Below are positions 1 through 9,104 of a DNA stretch of 64,000 bases, in pieces. The DNA is taken from the IMG/VR virus record IMGVR_UViG_3300047159_000046; one strand, 5' to 3'. Position 1 is the first letter of the stretch. Each line of letters opens with the position of its first letter. The stretch comes from a virus. Lineage: Duplodnaviria; Caudoviricetes. The notes beneath the pieces are model-generated. The model was not told where the DNA came from. It was given only the letters and a program-made list of their open reading frames with translations, and searched no databases. Position numbers and translations under genes: made by a program.

Positions 1-186
1 CCTTTTGTCATTTGAATCATAATCCAAATCGAGCCAGTCTGCATCCATTTGTTCTTTTCTCGTGTTGGTAGGAAGGCCAAATTTCTCATGCCAAGATTCT
101 GTTCTATAATCTTCATTGATGGCCTGATTGACAGCGTTTCTAATTATGTTATGGAGCTGTCCCTCTGTTAATCTTACTCTTCTCAT
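1..186 (-). CDS. Putative internal head (cargo) protein with MRRVRLTE leader; runs off the window edge
   Basis: Manual translation MRRVRLTEGQLHNIIRNAVNQAINEDYRTESWHEKFG...; leader nearly identical to the gene at 28202-28534; TATTTAT motif at 206-212. Confidence 0.8.
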   Translation of the reverse strand, partial: MRRVRLTEGQLHNIIRNAVNQAINEDYRTESWHEKFGLPTNTRKEQMDADWLDLDYDSNDKR

Positions 187-282
187 ATTGTTATTCTTTT
201 TAAATATAAATAGCAATATGAATAAAAAAAGGAAGATTTAATAAAAATCTCCCTTTTAAGCAAATGAACACTGAATTATATA

Positions 283-1452
283 TTATTCATCAGATGATGT
301 ATTTTCCTCCTCGAAACGGACTTCACTGGCTTCAAAATTGCTATTGTTGGCTTCATTCATCGCCTTTACAATATTCAACAGATGCGTTTTCTTATAAGCA
401 TCAAGATTTTCTGGAGCGATAATTCCATCACTTACACAATCCATTCTTCCCTCCGCAGAAGCATTAAATGGTTTGTCAAGTTGGTTTTTATCAATCTTTA
501 TTCTTGTTTCTGTTCCATAATTATACTTGACACCTCCACAAACAGCATTGAGCTTTGATATTGCAGATTTAGACTCTCCTCCAACCTTGATAATAAGTCT
601 TGCTGCAAACGATAATGATTCTCCGTTAGTAAGAACCATAGTCGGATGTCCCATACTTCCCATGTTATCATTCCAAACTTTGTTTACAAAGAACATGGTA
701 TCTGTATATTTTGAACTTACATATCTTGTTAATCCCAATTTGAGCAATATATCTGTAAATGATGCTTTTAATTGAGCTGCGTCACGCATATTCTGTTTAC
801 TCTTTGCCAAAAAAGATTCATAACTTTCAACCGATCCGACACTATCCCATATAAACAAAATATCTCTATCCAGTTCACCGTTACTCTGGGCGTTTAAAAA
901 TCTTCTTATACATTCTGCAACATCTTCTATTACAGGTATATCTCTTTTTTCTTTGGTCTTTGATGCTCCTGTTCTATCGGCATAATTTATATCACCATAA
1001 AGATTGATAAGATCATTATTTCCGACATACACAAAATCTCCTTCCCAATGTGTTATTTCATTTGTTGTAACTTCTTTAACCTCTCCTGTTTCTGGATCAA
1101 CCACAGATCTTTTTACATCACCATAAACAGGTTCAGCTTTCATTCCAAAACTCCTTGCATAAGTAAAAGAAAAATTTCCCTCCGTATCTATAATGACTGG
1201 AAGAACATTTTTCTTTTGCGCTCCAACAATAGCAGCACAAACCAAAGAAGACTTACCCGTATTCGTATGTCCTCCAACCAATGTCAAAATACCTTCTGGA
1301 ATTCCAGGAAGTTTTGTTGCTTTGACAAAACCATCAGACATTGTTATCCAAGAAAGTTCTTTTAATGCTTGATCTCCAAGAGATGCCTTGAAATTAGCTA
1401 AAAATGAAGATGAACTTGCAGAATCTTTTTTCTTTATTGCTTGTTTAGCCAT
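283..1452 (-). CDS. uvsX: RecA/UvsX-like recombinase
   Basis: Walker A GHTNTGKS, IIDTEG, FIWDSVGS, KIDKNQ; host-type promoter TATCTTTG near 1477-1484. Confidence 0.9.
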   Translation of the reverse strand: MAKQAIKKKDSASSSSFLANFKASLGDQALKELSWITMSDGFVKATKLPGIPEGILTLVGGHTNTGKSSLVCAAIVGAQKKNVLPVIIDTEGNFSFTYARSFGMKAEPVYGDVKRSVVDPETGEVKEVTTNEITHWEGDFVYVGNNDLINLYGDINYADRTGASKTKEKRDIPVIEDVAECIRRFLNAQSNGELDRDILFIWDSVGSVESYESFLAKSKQNMRDAAQLKASFTDILLKLGLTRYVSSKYTDTMFFVNKVWNDNMGSMGHPTMVLTNGESLSFAARLIIKVGGESKSAISKLNAVCGGVKYNYGTETRIKIDKNQLDKPFNASAEGRMDCVSDGIIAPENLDAYKKTHLLNIVKAMNEANNSNFEASEVRFEEENTSSDE

Positions 1453-1544
1453 GAATCTTATTTTTTATGTTTGAAGCAAAGATATGTGTTTTTAACATAT
1501 ATTATTTCTTTTTAACAGATTTTTTTTGAAAATAAAATTCAAAT

Positions 1545-1574
1545 AAAAAAAGTGATGAATAACTCATCACTTTT
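1545..1574. terminator. Intrinsic terminator hairpin
   Basis: AAAAGTGATGA-ataac-TCATCACTTTT with A/T tails. Confidence 0.7.
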
Positions 1575-1598
1575 AAAACATTAAAAAAATAAGAATCG

Positions 1599-2846
1599 TT
1601 ATTGATGACGCTCGTCATATATCTTTTTATAGAAGTTGAAACGTTTGGCAGTTACAGTTTCTATATCATAAGTATGACGAACAGTAGTAAACAAGTTAAA
1701 TCCCATTTTGGATACATATTCTGGATTATCAGCCAATTTTTTTATGTATTTTACCCATTGTTTATGATCCTTTCCACTATCTACCAACAATCCATTTCCT
1801 AATGGGTTTATATTTCCATTTTTATCAAAGAAATTTGTCAGATCCAAAGTATATGGACCAAAATTTGATGCAATAATAGCTTTTCCGAACCAACCTGCCT
1901 CAATCACTTTAAGCTGAGACTTTACAAGATTAAAATCACATGGCAATAATGGAGCAAGCAATACGTCAATGTCGTTATATAATGTGGCATATTCAGAAAT
2001 AGGCTTATTCCATATTCTTCTGTATGGTTGATCTGATACATTTGGATAATCCTCCATTTGCATATACTGTTTTAGATATGCGACATAATTTGGGTCCTTG
2101 ATTATTTTATAATCATTTGTCAGAATACTTTCATATTTGCACCATACGCTTTCACTTGGCTTAATTGGCTTTACCGTTCTCTCTTTTGTTTCAGGATTGG
2201 TATAAATGGTATTTCCTCTTGTATCGAATCCACACAAAACAATTTGAATTTTATCAAGTGTTTCATTATCAAGTTTGGTAGCAATAGAGGATAACAATTC
2301 TATATCATGCAGATGAGAACTTCCGCATATAAGTCCTATTCTAAGTCTTTTATGTGGAGAAGAAGGTGCAGGTCTGAATTGTGGCTCATAAGGATTAAGG
2401 GCATTTGGAACCACCTCGACATTCTTATTGACAACCTGTCTTACTCTCTTTGCAAATAAAGGAGTGGTTGTAGTTACATAATCAGCAGCTCTAAGATTTT
2501 TTAGAATAGGCTCTTTCCAGTTCTCCACCTTTGCAGCCAAACTCATCGGATGATAATTTCCCAAGTCCCAATTATCGTCAACATCTCCAATGGTGATTAT
2601 GCCCATTTTCTTGGCTTCGTTTACAATAACCGCATTAGGGTCCAAAGCCTTATGAAAATGAATGATATCATATCCTTTTATAAACTCAGCAAAATTATTC
2701 ATTATTCCCAAGTCATAACAGATATCCACATTTACCTCATCATCAAACATGGCTTTCATGAATATATGTGGAGATGTACTTCTGAAATATCCTACTCCCG
2801 CCCTGTCTGATGGACATACCAATATGTTTATTTTTTTAACTGACAT
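1599..2846 (-). CDS. Glycosyltransferase, GT-B fold (GT4-like)
   Basis: GVGYFRS N-terminus, DVDD, DVLLAPL..FN..KSQLKVIEAG..IIASNFGPY. Confidence 0.85.
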   Translation of the reverse strand: MSVKKINILVCPSDRAGVGYFRSTSPHIFMKAMFDDEVNVDICYDLGIMNNFAEFIKGYDIIHFHKALDPNAVIVNEAKKMGIITIGDVDDNWDLGNYHPMSLAAKVENWKEPILKNLRAADYVTTTTPLFAKRVRQVVNKNVEVVPNALNPYEPQFRPAPSSPHKRLRIGLICGSSHLHDIELLSSIATKLDNETLDKIQIVLCGFDTRGNTIYTNPETKERTVKPIKPSESVWCKYESILTNDYKIIKDPNYVAYLKQYMQMEDYPNVSDQPYRRIWNKPISEYATLYNDIDVLLAPLLPCDFNLVKSQLKVIEAGWFGKAIIASNFGPYTLDLTNFFDKNGNINPLGNGLLVDSGKDHKQWVKYIKKLADNPEYVSKMGFNLFTTVRHTYDIETVTAKRFNFYKKIYDERHQ

Positions 2847-2915
2847 TTAAAACTAATTTACTAAAAAATAATACATTTTATTTTATTTGAAACAAATATA
2901 TTAAAAAGTTACTAT

Positions 2916-3160
2916 AAAAAAACGCAGGGCCCGATACATATCTTGACGTATCGGACCCCGAAGCTCTGTCCATTTATGGAGGAGACGTTTTTACTTTTAA
3001 AATTCATTAATCATAAATATCATGATTAGGTATCTGAATCATTATAAATTTCACTTAAATTTCTCATTTCTTAAAGAGGCTTAACCTTTACAGCCCTTAG
3101 GTTTAAATCGCCTCAATCAGTGAGGCTGCAGATTGTTGAATACGTTTCGTTCGTTTCAAC
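2916..3160 (-). ncRNA. Candidate stand-alone structured ncRNA of about 245 nt
   Basis: Own Bacteroidetes promoter (TTTG 3196-3193, TATCTTTG 3172-3165, 20-nt spacer); several hairpins; 3' GC-rich stem plus U7 tail; no substantial ORF. Confidence 0.55.
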
Positions 3161-3220
3161 ACAGCAAAGATAGGGCAAAATATTCAGACTACCAAACTTT
3201 TTATCAATTATTATCATAAT

Positions 3221-4066
3221 TTACAAAAGAATTGCATAATGAGATTTTCCATCTGGCCCTTTCACTTTTATCCTTTTCTTTCCCTCGTACATGTCCTTTT
3301 GAGCAGGTTCTTCATTCTCCTCTCTTTCGTCATTCCCCATGAGATTGTCAATCTTGTTATTCAAAGCATCTATTTCCTTGAACATTTCATCAAAATTTTC
3401 CTGAACAGATGTGTTCAGTTTATCAACATAATCAAAAACTATTTCATTTACAATCTCATCAACATCCTTTCTGCTTAAAGAGCCATTTGGTTGCTTGGCT
3501 TCCGTCAACTGACGTCTTTCTGATACGGCAAATCCTTTATTCTGTTGTGGCATTTCATTATTCATTATCATATTGGCATTTTCATCTCTTTCCATCAAAG
3601 CTTTTGCTCTTCCTACATTCATGATATTGTTGGCATTTTGGGTATCTAAAATAGATTTACACCCAATGGATTGCAACTCCGATGTATCAAGTTCTGGTGT
3701 CGGATTCTCTAAAAAAGCCTCTTGTATTGCAGGTTCAAGTCCAGAATTTCTAATTGCAGCTTCTGAAATATTTGACAATGAATTCATCATATTACATTCA
3801 TCAACCACAGACATACTTGTATTATTTGCTACTGGCATCGCTGGCATCATATTGTTCATGTTTGCCATATTGACATGTGGAGCATTTTCACTGATTAGAG
3901 TATTGGCTGCACTTGTTCTCATATTACGCATCTTGCTTTCAAAATCAGCACCTGCGTTTTGATTTGAACTTATATTATCCATACTGTTCATCAATGCCAA
4001 AGATGCATTGATTGACGAATTTTGTGTTCTATTTATATTGCCCATTATTAATTCTGCTTTTAACAA
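3221..4066 (-). CDS. Hypothetical Asn/Met-rich protein, possibly a head core protein (many I/L/V-x-E sites)
   Basis: 281-aa ORF downstream of the late WYL gene; likely start at 4045. Confidence 0.6.
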   Translation of the reverse strand: MLKAELIMGNINRTQNSSINASLALMNSMDNISSNQNAGADFESKMRNMRTSAANTLISENAPHVNMANMNNMMPAMPVANNTSMSVVDECNMMNSLSNISEAAIRNSGLEPAIQEAFLENPTPELDTSELQSIGCKSILDTQNANNIMNVGRAKALMERDENANMIMNNEMPQQNKGFAVSERRQLTEAKQPNGSLSRKDVDEIVNEIVFDYVDKLNTSVQENFDEMFKEIDALNNKIDNLMGNDEREENEEPAQKDMYEGKKRIKVKGPDGKSHYAILL

Positions 4067-4076
4067 AAAATAAACT

Positions 4077-4634
4077 CTATTTTATCAATTTTAGATTATA
4101 CCTCAAAAGTTTTTCAAAACTTTCATTTTCTATTTCCTCTTCATTCTCGTCATTTGTATCCATAGAATGAATATTATCCTCCAGATTATTTGAATTTCCA
4201 TCGTTTTTAGGAGTTGTCGGCTGTTCCTGTTTTGGAGTTGATTCCCAACGGGAGAAATTTGCATAATTGGAAACATAACTCATGGTCTTATCCATTGGAT
4301 TATATTTTCCAAAAGTGAAAGCATCAGGCAAATGGAACCTATGAAATCTTTTTGCACTGTTTTTTGAAATATCTGGCTGCAAATCTCTAATTCTGTCCAG
4401 TCTGAAAAACTTCCATGCTCTTGGCTTTTTACTTGCAGAATCCCCATAAAGTTGGAAAGCTCTTACAACATCATTACCCGATTTTGATTTTCCCAATGCC
4501 ACTGGAACTATCTCTCTCTTTACCAAATCATGTTTTTTAGGGCCGTTATAAGTCATGATAAGATAATCCTTATCATTTATTGCTTTTATCAAATCATCTT
4601 GTACGCCCTCATCTAACATCAAATCAAACAGCAT
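4077..4634 (-). CDS. WYL-domain protein
   Basis: MTY..REIVPVALG..VVRAFQ..WKFFRLDRI; TATTTAT at 4652-4658. Confidence 0.85.
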   Translation of the reverse strand: MLFDLMLDEGVQDDLIKAINDKDYLIMTYNGPKKHDLVKREIVPVALGKSKSGNDVVRAFQLYGDSASKKPRAWKFFRLDRIRDLQPDISKNSAKRFHRFHLPDAFTFGKYNPMDKTMSYVSNYANFSRWESTPKQEQPTTPKNDGNSNNLEDNIHSMDTNDENEEEIENESFEKLLRYNLKLIK

Positions 4635-4666
4635 GGTAAAGTGTTTTTAAGATAAATACTAACAAA

Positions 4667-5767
4667 TTAGAAAATTGAAATTTTAGAAAGCTCTTTTTTC
4701 AAATCCTCCTGTTTCTGTATATCTCCACTTTGTATGATTCTTACAAGATAATCTGCAATATCTTCTTTTCCAGAAACTCCTTCTTTGCCTTTCCACCAAT
4801 CATAAGTCTTGATATTCAATCCATCTTCAAAGATTGAATCCGATTTAGCTTTCCATGATTTCATTCCATCAATATCTGGAAAAGCTATAAAATATTTTTT
4901 GCTTAAAGATTTCAGCAATCTTGTTTTAAGATTCCCTATTCCTCCCGTTGCCATCCAAATGACATTTTCATCGAAAAAAGTGGAACATATAATTGCTGTT
5001 TTTTCACTTTCTACAAGAAAAATTCTATTTGTATCTATAATCGATGAAATATTTTCCCCAAAAAGGCATTGTTTGAATATATAATCGCTTGGCAGCTTTT
5101 CTTTTGCCAATGAATGTACCCAATTGGCTCCTGTAGTCTTTATTCTGTGACCATCGGTCCCGTATTGAATGATTTTTCCATCTCTGCATATCCCATTTTT
5201 ATCTATTTGCCAAAAAATCGTTTCATGTTTATTTTTTGTTCCTCCAACTTTATACATTGAGAATGTGGATATTACATGGCTTTTACGATTTGGAAACAAA
5301 TTTTCCATAAAACTATAAAGATTGGAATTATCACACATACAAAAAGATTTTGAAACAAACACATCTGGAATTCCGCAATTTTTATCTATTTCGTTACTTT
5401 CAAGTTCGTCTGTATGATATTTTTGAGGATTAAACACATAGCTCAAATCTGTATAAAATGGCGTTTTTTTATAAACATCACTCACGTCTATTCCTGCTGT
5501 CTTAGCCATATAAACCAAAGACGATATGGAAACTTTCTTCCCTGTTCTCAGGGCATTATCATATTTTTTCTTGTTTTCCTCAATGGAAAATCCAGAATAC
5601 ATTGATGCAATTTTGTAAAAATAACCTCTTCCGTTTTCTCCATATTCGGAAGCAATAGCAAAGGCAACCTTGGTCCAATCCTCAAAAGAGGATGCAATAC
5701 TTTTACCAGAAACCTCAATATTCCCGATAAGTTTGTCTATGTCAAATTCACAGAAATTGTTATCCAT
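4667..5767 (-). CDS. PriCT-2 plus DUF6371/TOPRIM-like primase-related protein (Bacteroidetes type)
   Basis: FEDWTKVAFAIASEYGENGRGYF (PriCT-2); FWQID, QCLFGE, LVESEKTA, WMATGG, FPD, DIADY; start chosen downstream of a TATATTTG promoter. Confidence 0.8.
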   Translation of the reverse strand: MDNNFCEFDIDKLIGNIEVSGKSIASSFEDWTKVAFAIASEYGENGRGYFYKIASMYSGFSIEENKKKYDNALRTGKKVSISSLVYMAKTAGIDVSDVYKKTPFYTDLSYVFNPQKYHTDELESNEIDKNCGIPDVFVSKSFCMCDNSNLYSFMENLFPNRKSHVISTFSMYKVGGTKNKHETIFWQIDKNGICRDGKIIQYGTDGHRIKTTGANWVHSLAKEKLPSDYIFKQCLFGENISSIIDTNRIFLVESEKTAIICSTFFDENVIWMATGGIGNLKTRLLKSLSKKYFIAFPDIDGMKSWKAKSDSIFEDGLNIKTYDWWKGKEGVSGKEDIADYLVRIIQSGDIQKQEDLKKELSKISIF

Positions 5768-5817
5768 TTCTTTATTTTTAAAAAACTTCTGCAAATATAA
5801 AACAAAAAATTCAAAAA

Positions 5818-6201
5818 TCACACAACATTGATAAATAATTTTTCTCCTATCGGCAAAATAAGATTTCCTTTCGGATAAGAATAATCATTACATTCTATAT
5901 TTCCATTGAATTTTACGTTAAATTCTCCCTCGAAAACGCCATATTCATCAACATCGTACTTTTTCCAATTATAACAAATTAAATATTTTTCTTCGCAACT
6001 ATCGTCATCCGCACGCTTGATATAACATTTTGCATTGGCAACTTTGACAATTCCTGTATTTAAATTCCGCATGGAAAAATAAATTTCGGAATCTTGCAAA
6101 ATTTCGTAAAAATGTAAAAATGGTTTGTTTCTTCCTGTCTGTATGGCTTCCACTCGCAAAATCGGATTCAGGGAGCCTTTTTTGATATAAAATTCACTCA
6201 T
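5818..6201 (-). CDS. BppU-like virion structural protein
   Basis: FYIKKGSLNPILR..YNWKKYDVDEYGVFEGEF..LILP pattern. Confidence 0.55.
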   Translation of the reverse strand: MSEFYIKKGSLNPILRVEAIQTGRNKPFLHFYEILQDSEIYFSMRNLNTGIVKVANAKCYIKRADDDSCEEKYLICYNWKKYDVDEYGVFEGEFNVKFNGNIECNDYSYPKGNLILPIGEKLFINVV

Positions 6202-6212
6202 GATTTAAATTT

Positions 6213-7349
6213 TTAAGCAATAAAAGTTCCTAATGGAGTATATTTCAGTGCATTAACCGTATTTTCAACAAGTTTTGCATTATTCTCGGCAACATTCCAT
6301 GGCAGCATGGCTTCAAGTCTTTTATCCAGATTTTCAAGAGCTTTATCTCTTTCCGTTTTTCCAATATCCATCAAATCGGAAGTATTAAGCGTCACTTCCG
6401 AACTCGGAATGCTGACTTTTCCACTGAATTTTCCTCGAATTAAAGCTAAAGTTATAAAACATTGAGCTATAAACAGTTGTCTTACAGTGACTTTTGACGG
6501 TTCATTCATATACTCGAACTGCATCTGATCCATTGGGACTTGATCTGGTGAAATCAGCACGCTGGTATTTTTCTTCTTACAATCTCCGCTATCCTCTTTT
6601 GTGGCGTCATAGTATGTATACCAAACGTAACTATTTGCATATCTGTTCCATCCCCAATTATCATCCAACGAAATTCCTCCTGCTGAATTAAAACTTCCTG
6701 GAGTTGACATCAGATGAACAAGTCTTGTTCCGTCAGGTCCTGCTGTGACCTTGTAAGCCAAATCGCTTCGTATCATCTGGTTTTTATATTTCAAATCAGC
6801 AGCCAATAATGTCGTATCATAAGCACTTCCGATGAAAAATCCTCCAAGTCCGACTCCGTTTCCCATACTTCCCAATTGGCTATATCCTCCTCCAATTCCT
6901 GTATCCAAAGTTCCCATTGAACCATACAAGGCAGCTTTTGTCGTTGACGGAGTGACATACATCACTTCGTTTATTTCTCGATTTGGAGGTAAAACATAAA
7001 CCTGTTTTCCTCTCTCAACCTTGAAAAAATCCTTCTTCAATTCCCATGGGCCTCTTTGCTGAAGTCCAACTTCTTTTGAGAAAAAATACGACAAATCGAC
7101 AGACATATCCAACGTTCTGACAGTCAATGCATAAACCATATCAGCAGCATTCTGAAAATTTTTTCCATACAAAGTGCTCCACTGCGACTGAATCACAAAA
7201 TTCTGAATTCTTTCGGCATAATCTCCGATTGAAAGACTCAGCAAATCACACATTTGTTCCTGTGTCAATTCTACGGTTCTAATCGGAGCACCGAGCCTTG
7301 ACAATGCCATGCTAAAAATATTCTGGACTTCCTCACTAACTTCGGTCAT
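6213..7349 (-). CDS. Neck/head-tail adaptor protein (T4 gp13-like)
   Basis: SRLGAPIRTVELTQEQ N-terminus, IRGKFSG..VTLN, PLGTF C-terminus; late motif at 7365. Confidence 0.75.
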   Translation of the reverse strand: MTEVSEEVQNIFSMALSRLGAPIRTVELTQEQMCDLLSLSIGDYAERIQNFVIQSQWSTLYGKNFQNAADMVYALTVRTLDMSVDLSYFFSKEVGLQQRGPWELKKDFFKVERGKQVYVLPPNREINEVMYVTPSTTKAALYGSMGTLDTGIGGGYSQLGSMGNGVGLGGFFIGSAYDTTLLAADLKYKNQMIRSDLAYKVTAGPDGTRLVHLMSTPGSFNSAGGISLDDNWGWNRYANSYVWYTYYDATKEDSGDCKKKNTSVLISPDQVPMDQMQFEYMNEPSKVTVRQLFIAQCFITLALIRGKFSGKVSIPSSEVTLNTSDLMDIGKTERDKALENLDKRLEAMLPWNVAENNAKLVENTVNALKYTPLGTFIA

Positions 7350-7542
7350 TTTTGTGCTTTTTAGATAAATAGCAAGCTCTGCAAAGAAACGTGTTTTTTT
7401 TCATTTTTTGCGAAAATTTTCATAAAATTTTTTCAGCAAGACAGAGTTTCCGTTTAAAAATTAACGATGAAATTCCAAAAAACCGAACTTTTTTCAAAAA
7501 AAACGCAATTTTTATTTTTTCAGCAAGGAAAAAAATTGGGGA

Positions 7543-7829
7543 TTTTTCCTGAATTTTTTCCTGAATTCGATTTTTATTTAAAAAATCCGCTGATCGAACC
7601 GTGGCTTTTCTGCGTTTTTTCAGCAAGCTCAAGTTTCCAGAATTCCAACTTTTTTCCTGAATTTTTTCCTGAATTCGATTTTTATTTAAAAAATCCGCTG
7701 ATCGAACCGTGGCTTTTCTGCGTTTTTTCAGCAAGCTCAAGTTTCCAGAATTCCAACTTTTTTCCTGAATTTTTTCCTGAATTCGATTTTTATTTAAAAA
7801 ATCCGCTGATCGAACCGTGGCTTTTCTGC
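7543..7829. repeat. 108-bp tandem repeat (about 2.7 copies) in a non-coding divergence region; candidate ori or pac site
   Basis: GAATTTTTTCCTGAATTCG recurs at 7551, 7659 and 7767; TTTTCAGCAAG also at about 7430 and 7517. Confidence 0.9.
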
Positions 7830-8149
7830 AAAAATCGAAAATCGTTTTTTTGCAGATTTTTTTCTTTTTTACTTTTTCTTTTCTGAGTACAGATACTGTA
7901 ACTCTTAAGTACTTTCTTTTCTTTTTCTTTTCTTATATATTCTTTTCTTTTACTTTTCTTCTTAAGTTCTTCTTAGCTTGAGCAGAATTTTTTCTTTTTT
8001 TAATTCAGTGTAACATCCAAGAACTATAGCTCTCCATACTTGCGCACGCACGCATGCATGCACGTGCGATGAATAAGGTGTAAAAAAAATTTCGATTTTG
8101 CTGAAAAAAATCATTGAAAACGTTATTTTTTCTGAAAGGATTTTTTGTT

Positions 8150-9016
8150 ATGATGGATTTTAAAAATTTTGATTTTTCAAACATCGAGTTGAAACTTTGT
8201 TTTATTGCTGAAAAAGGGGAAAATGAAGGCTTGTTTTCTTACGAGTTTTGGTTTGGAAATGATATCGAAAATTTCTGGGGAAATGATTTTGAACAAAAAC
8301 CTGCATCTATTTGCAATTTGCTGATACCAGATAACGAGGATTCTTTCACGAAAATAAATGTTAATTCGGACCAGAAATTAACACTTGCTGAAAAATCAAG
8401 CGTTTTTTCTTTTCAAGATGCCATAGACGGATGTGTTTCGTTGGCTTTTATTGATGCTGATAATTATCCTGTCAAATTCGATTTTGGGGAAGCATTTCAG
8501 AACGTCAAACAAAAAATTTCAAATTCCGATTTTATGAACATTCAGGACCTCAATGAAACTTGTGATTTTGAAGATGAGGATTTTACTAATTCCGATGATG
8601 AACATTCTGCTGATTTAAGCCTTGATACGGAAGAAGAAAAACTTTTGTTCGTAAGAAAAATCAATTATTCGCAGGAACAAAAATCAATATACAAGTTCTA
8701 TTTTGGTTCCGATGCTGATAAATTCAAAGAAGCCAACGCTTGGTTCGGTAGCAAAAGAGCCTCTTTGTATTCTCCGTTTAACTTTCAAAGCAACACATAC
8801 GCATCATCTTTTTCGGTAACATCAGATATCCCTTTTGATACTGCTGAAAATCAATCTGAATATTCGATGAATGACGCATTTAACGGGTTTATAGCATTGG
8901 TTTCGGAAAATCTTGACAATAGAGAATATCCAGATTACAGAATGATTTTACATTTTGGAGATGCCAAATCCTATGTAAAATCGTGTATTTTGAAAAAAAA
9001 TATGGAAATTGACTAA
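8150..9016 (+). CDS. Hypothetical protein with two tandem homologous domains
   Basis: Both halves share Y.F.FG.D..F, K.AS, S..S..DA..G...L and L/F.FG.A...VK. Confidence 0.7.
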   Translation: MMDFKNFDFSNIELKLCFIAEKGENEGLFSYEFWFGNDIENFWGNDFEQKPASICNLLIPDNEDSFTKINVNSDQKLTLAEKSSVFSFQDAIDGCVSLAFIDADNYPVKFDFGEAFQNVKQKISNSDFMNIQDLNETCDFEDEDFTNSDDEHSADLSLDTEEEKLLFVRKINYSQEQKSIYKFYFGSDADKFKEANAWFGSKRASLYSPFNFQSNTYASSFSVTSDIPFDTAENQSEYSMNDAFNGFIALVSENLDNREYPDYRMILHFGDAKSYVKSCILKKNMEID

Positions 9017-9104
9017 AAAAAACATTAAAAAGTTTGCATATCATAAAAATTCAGTTTATATTTGCAGCCGAAGTTTCAATTTCATATAAATAAAAATAAA
9101 AAAA

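Noticed and set aside
7543-7829. CRISPR array for the Cas12f-sized TnpBs
   Set aside because: The units are identical along their whole length with no unique spacers, and they are far from either tnpB.
7420-7886. ORFs 7420-7740 (-) and 7467-7886 (+)
   Set aside because: Shadow translations of the 108-bp tandem repeat, with biased Phe/Lys composition.
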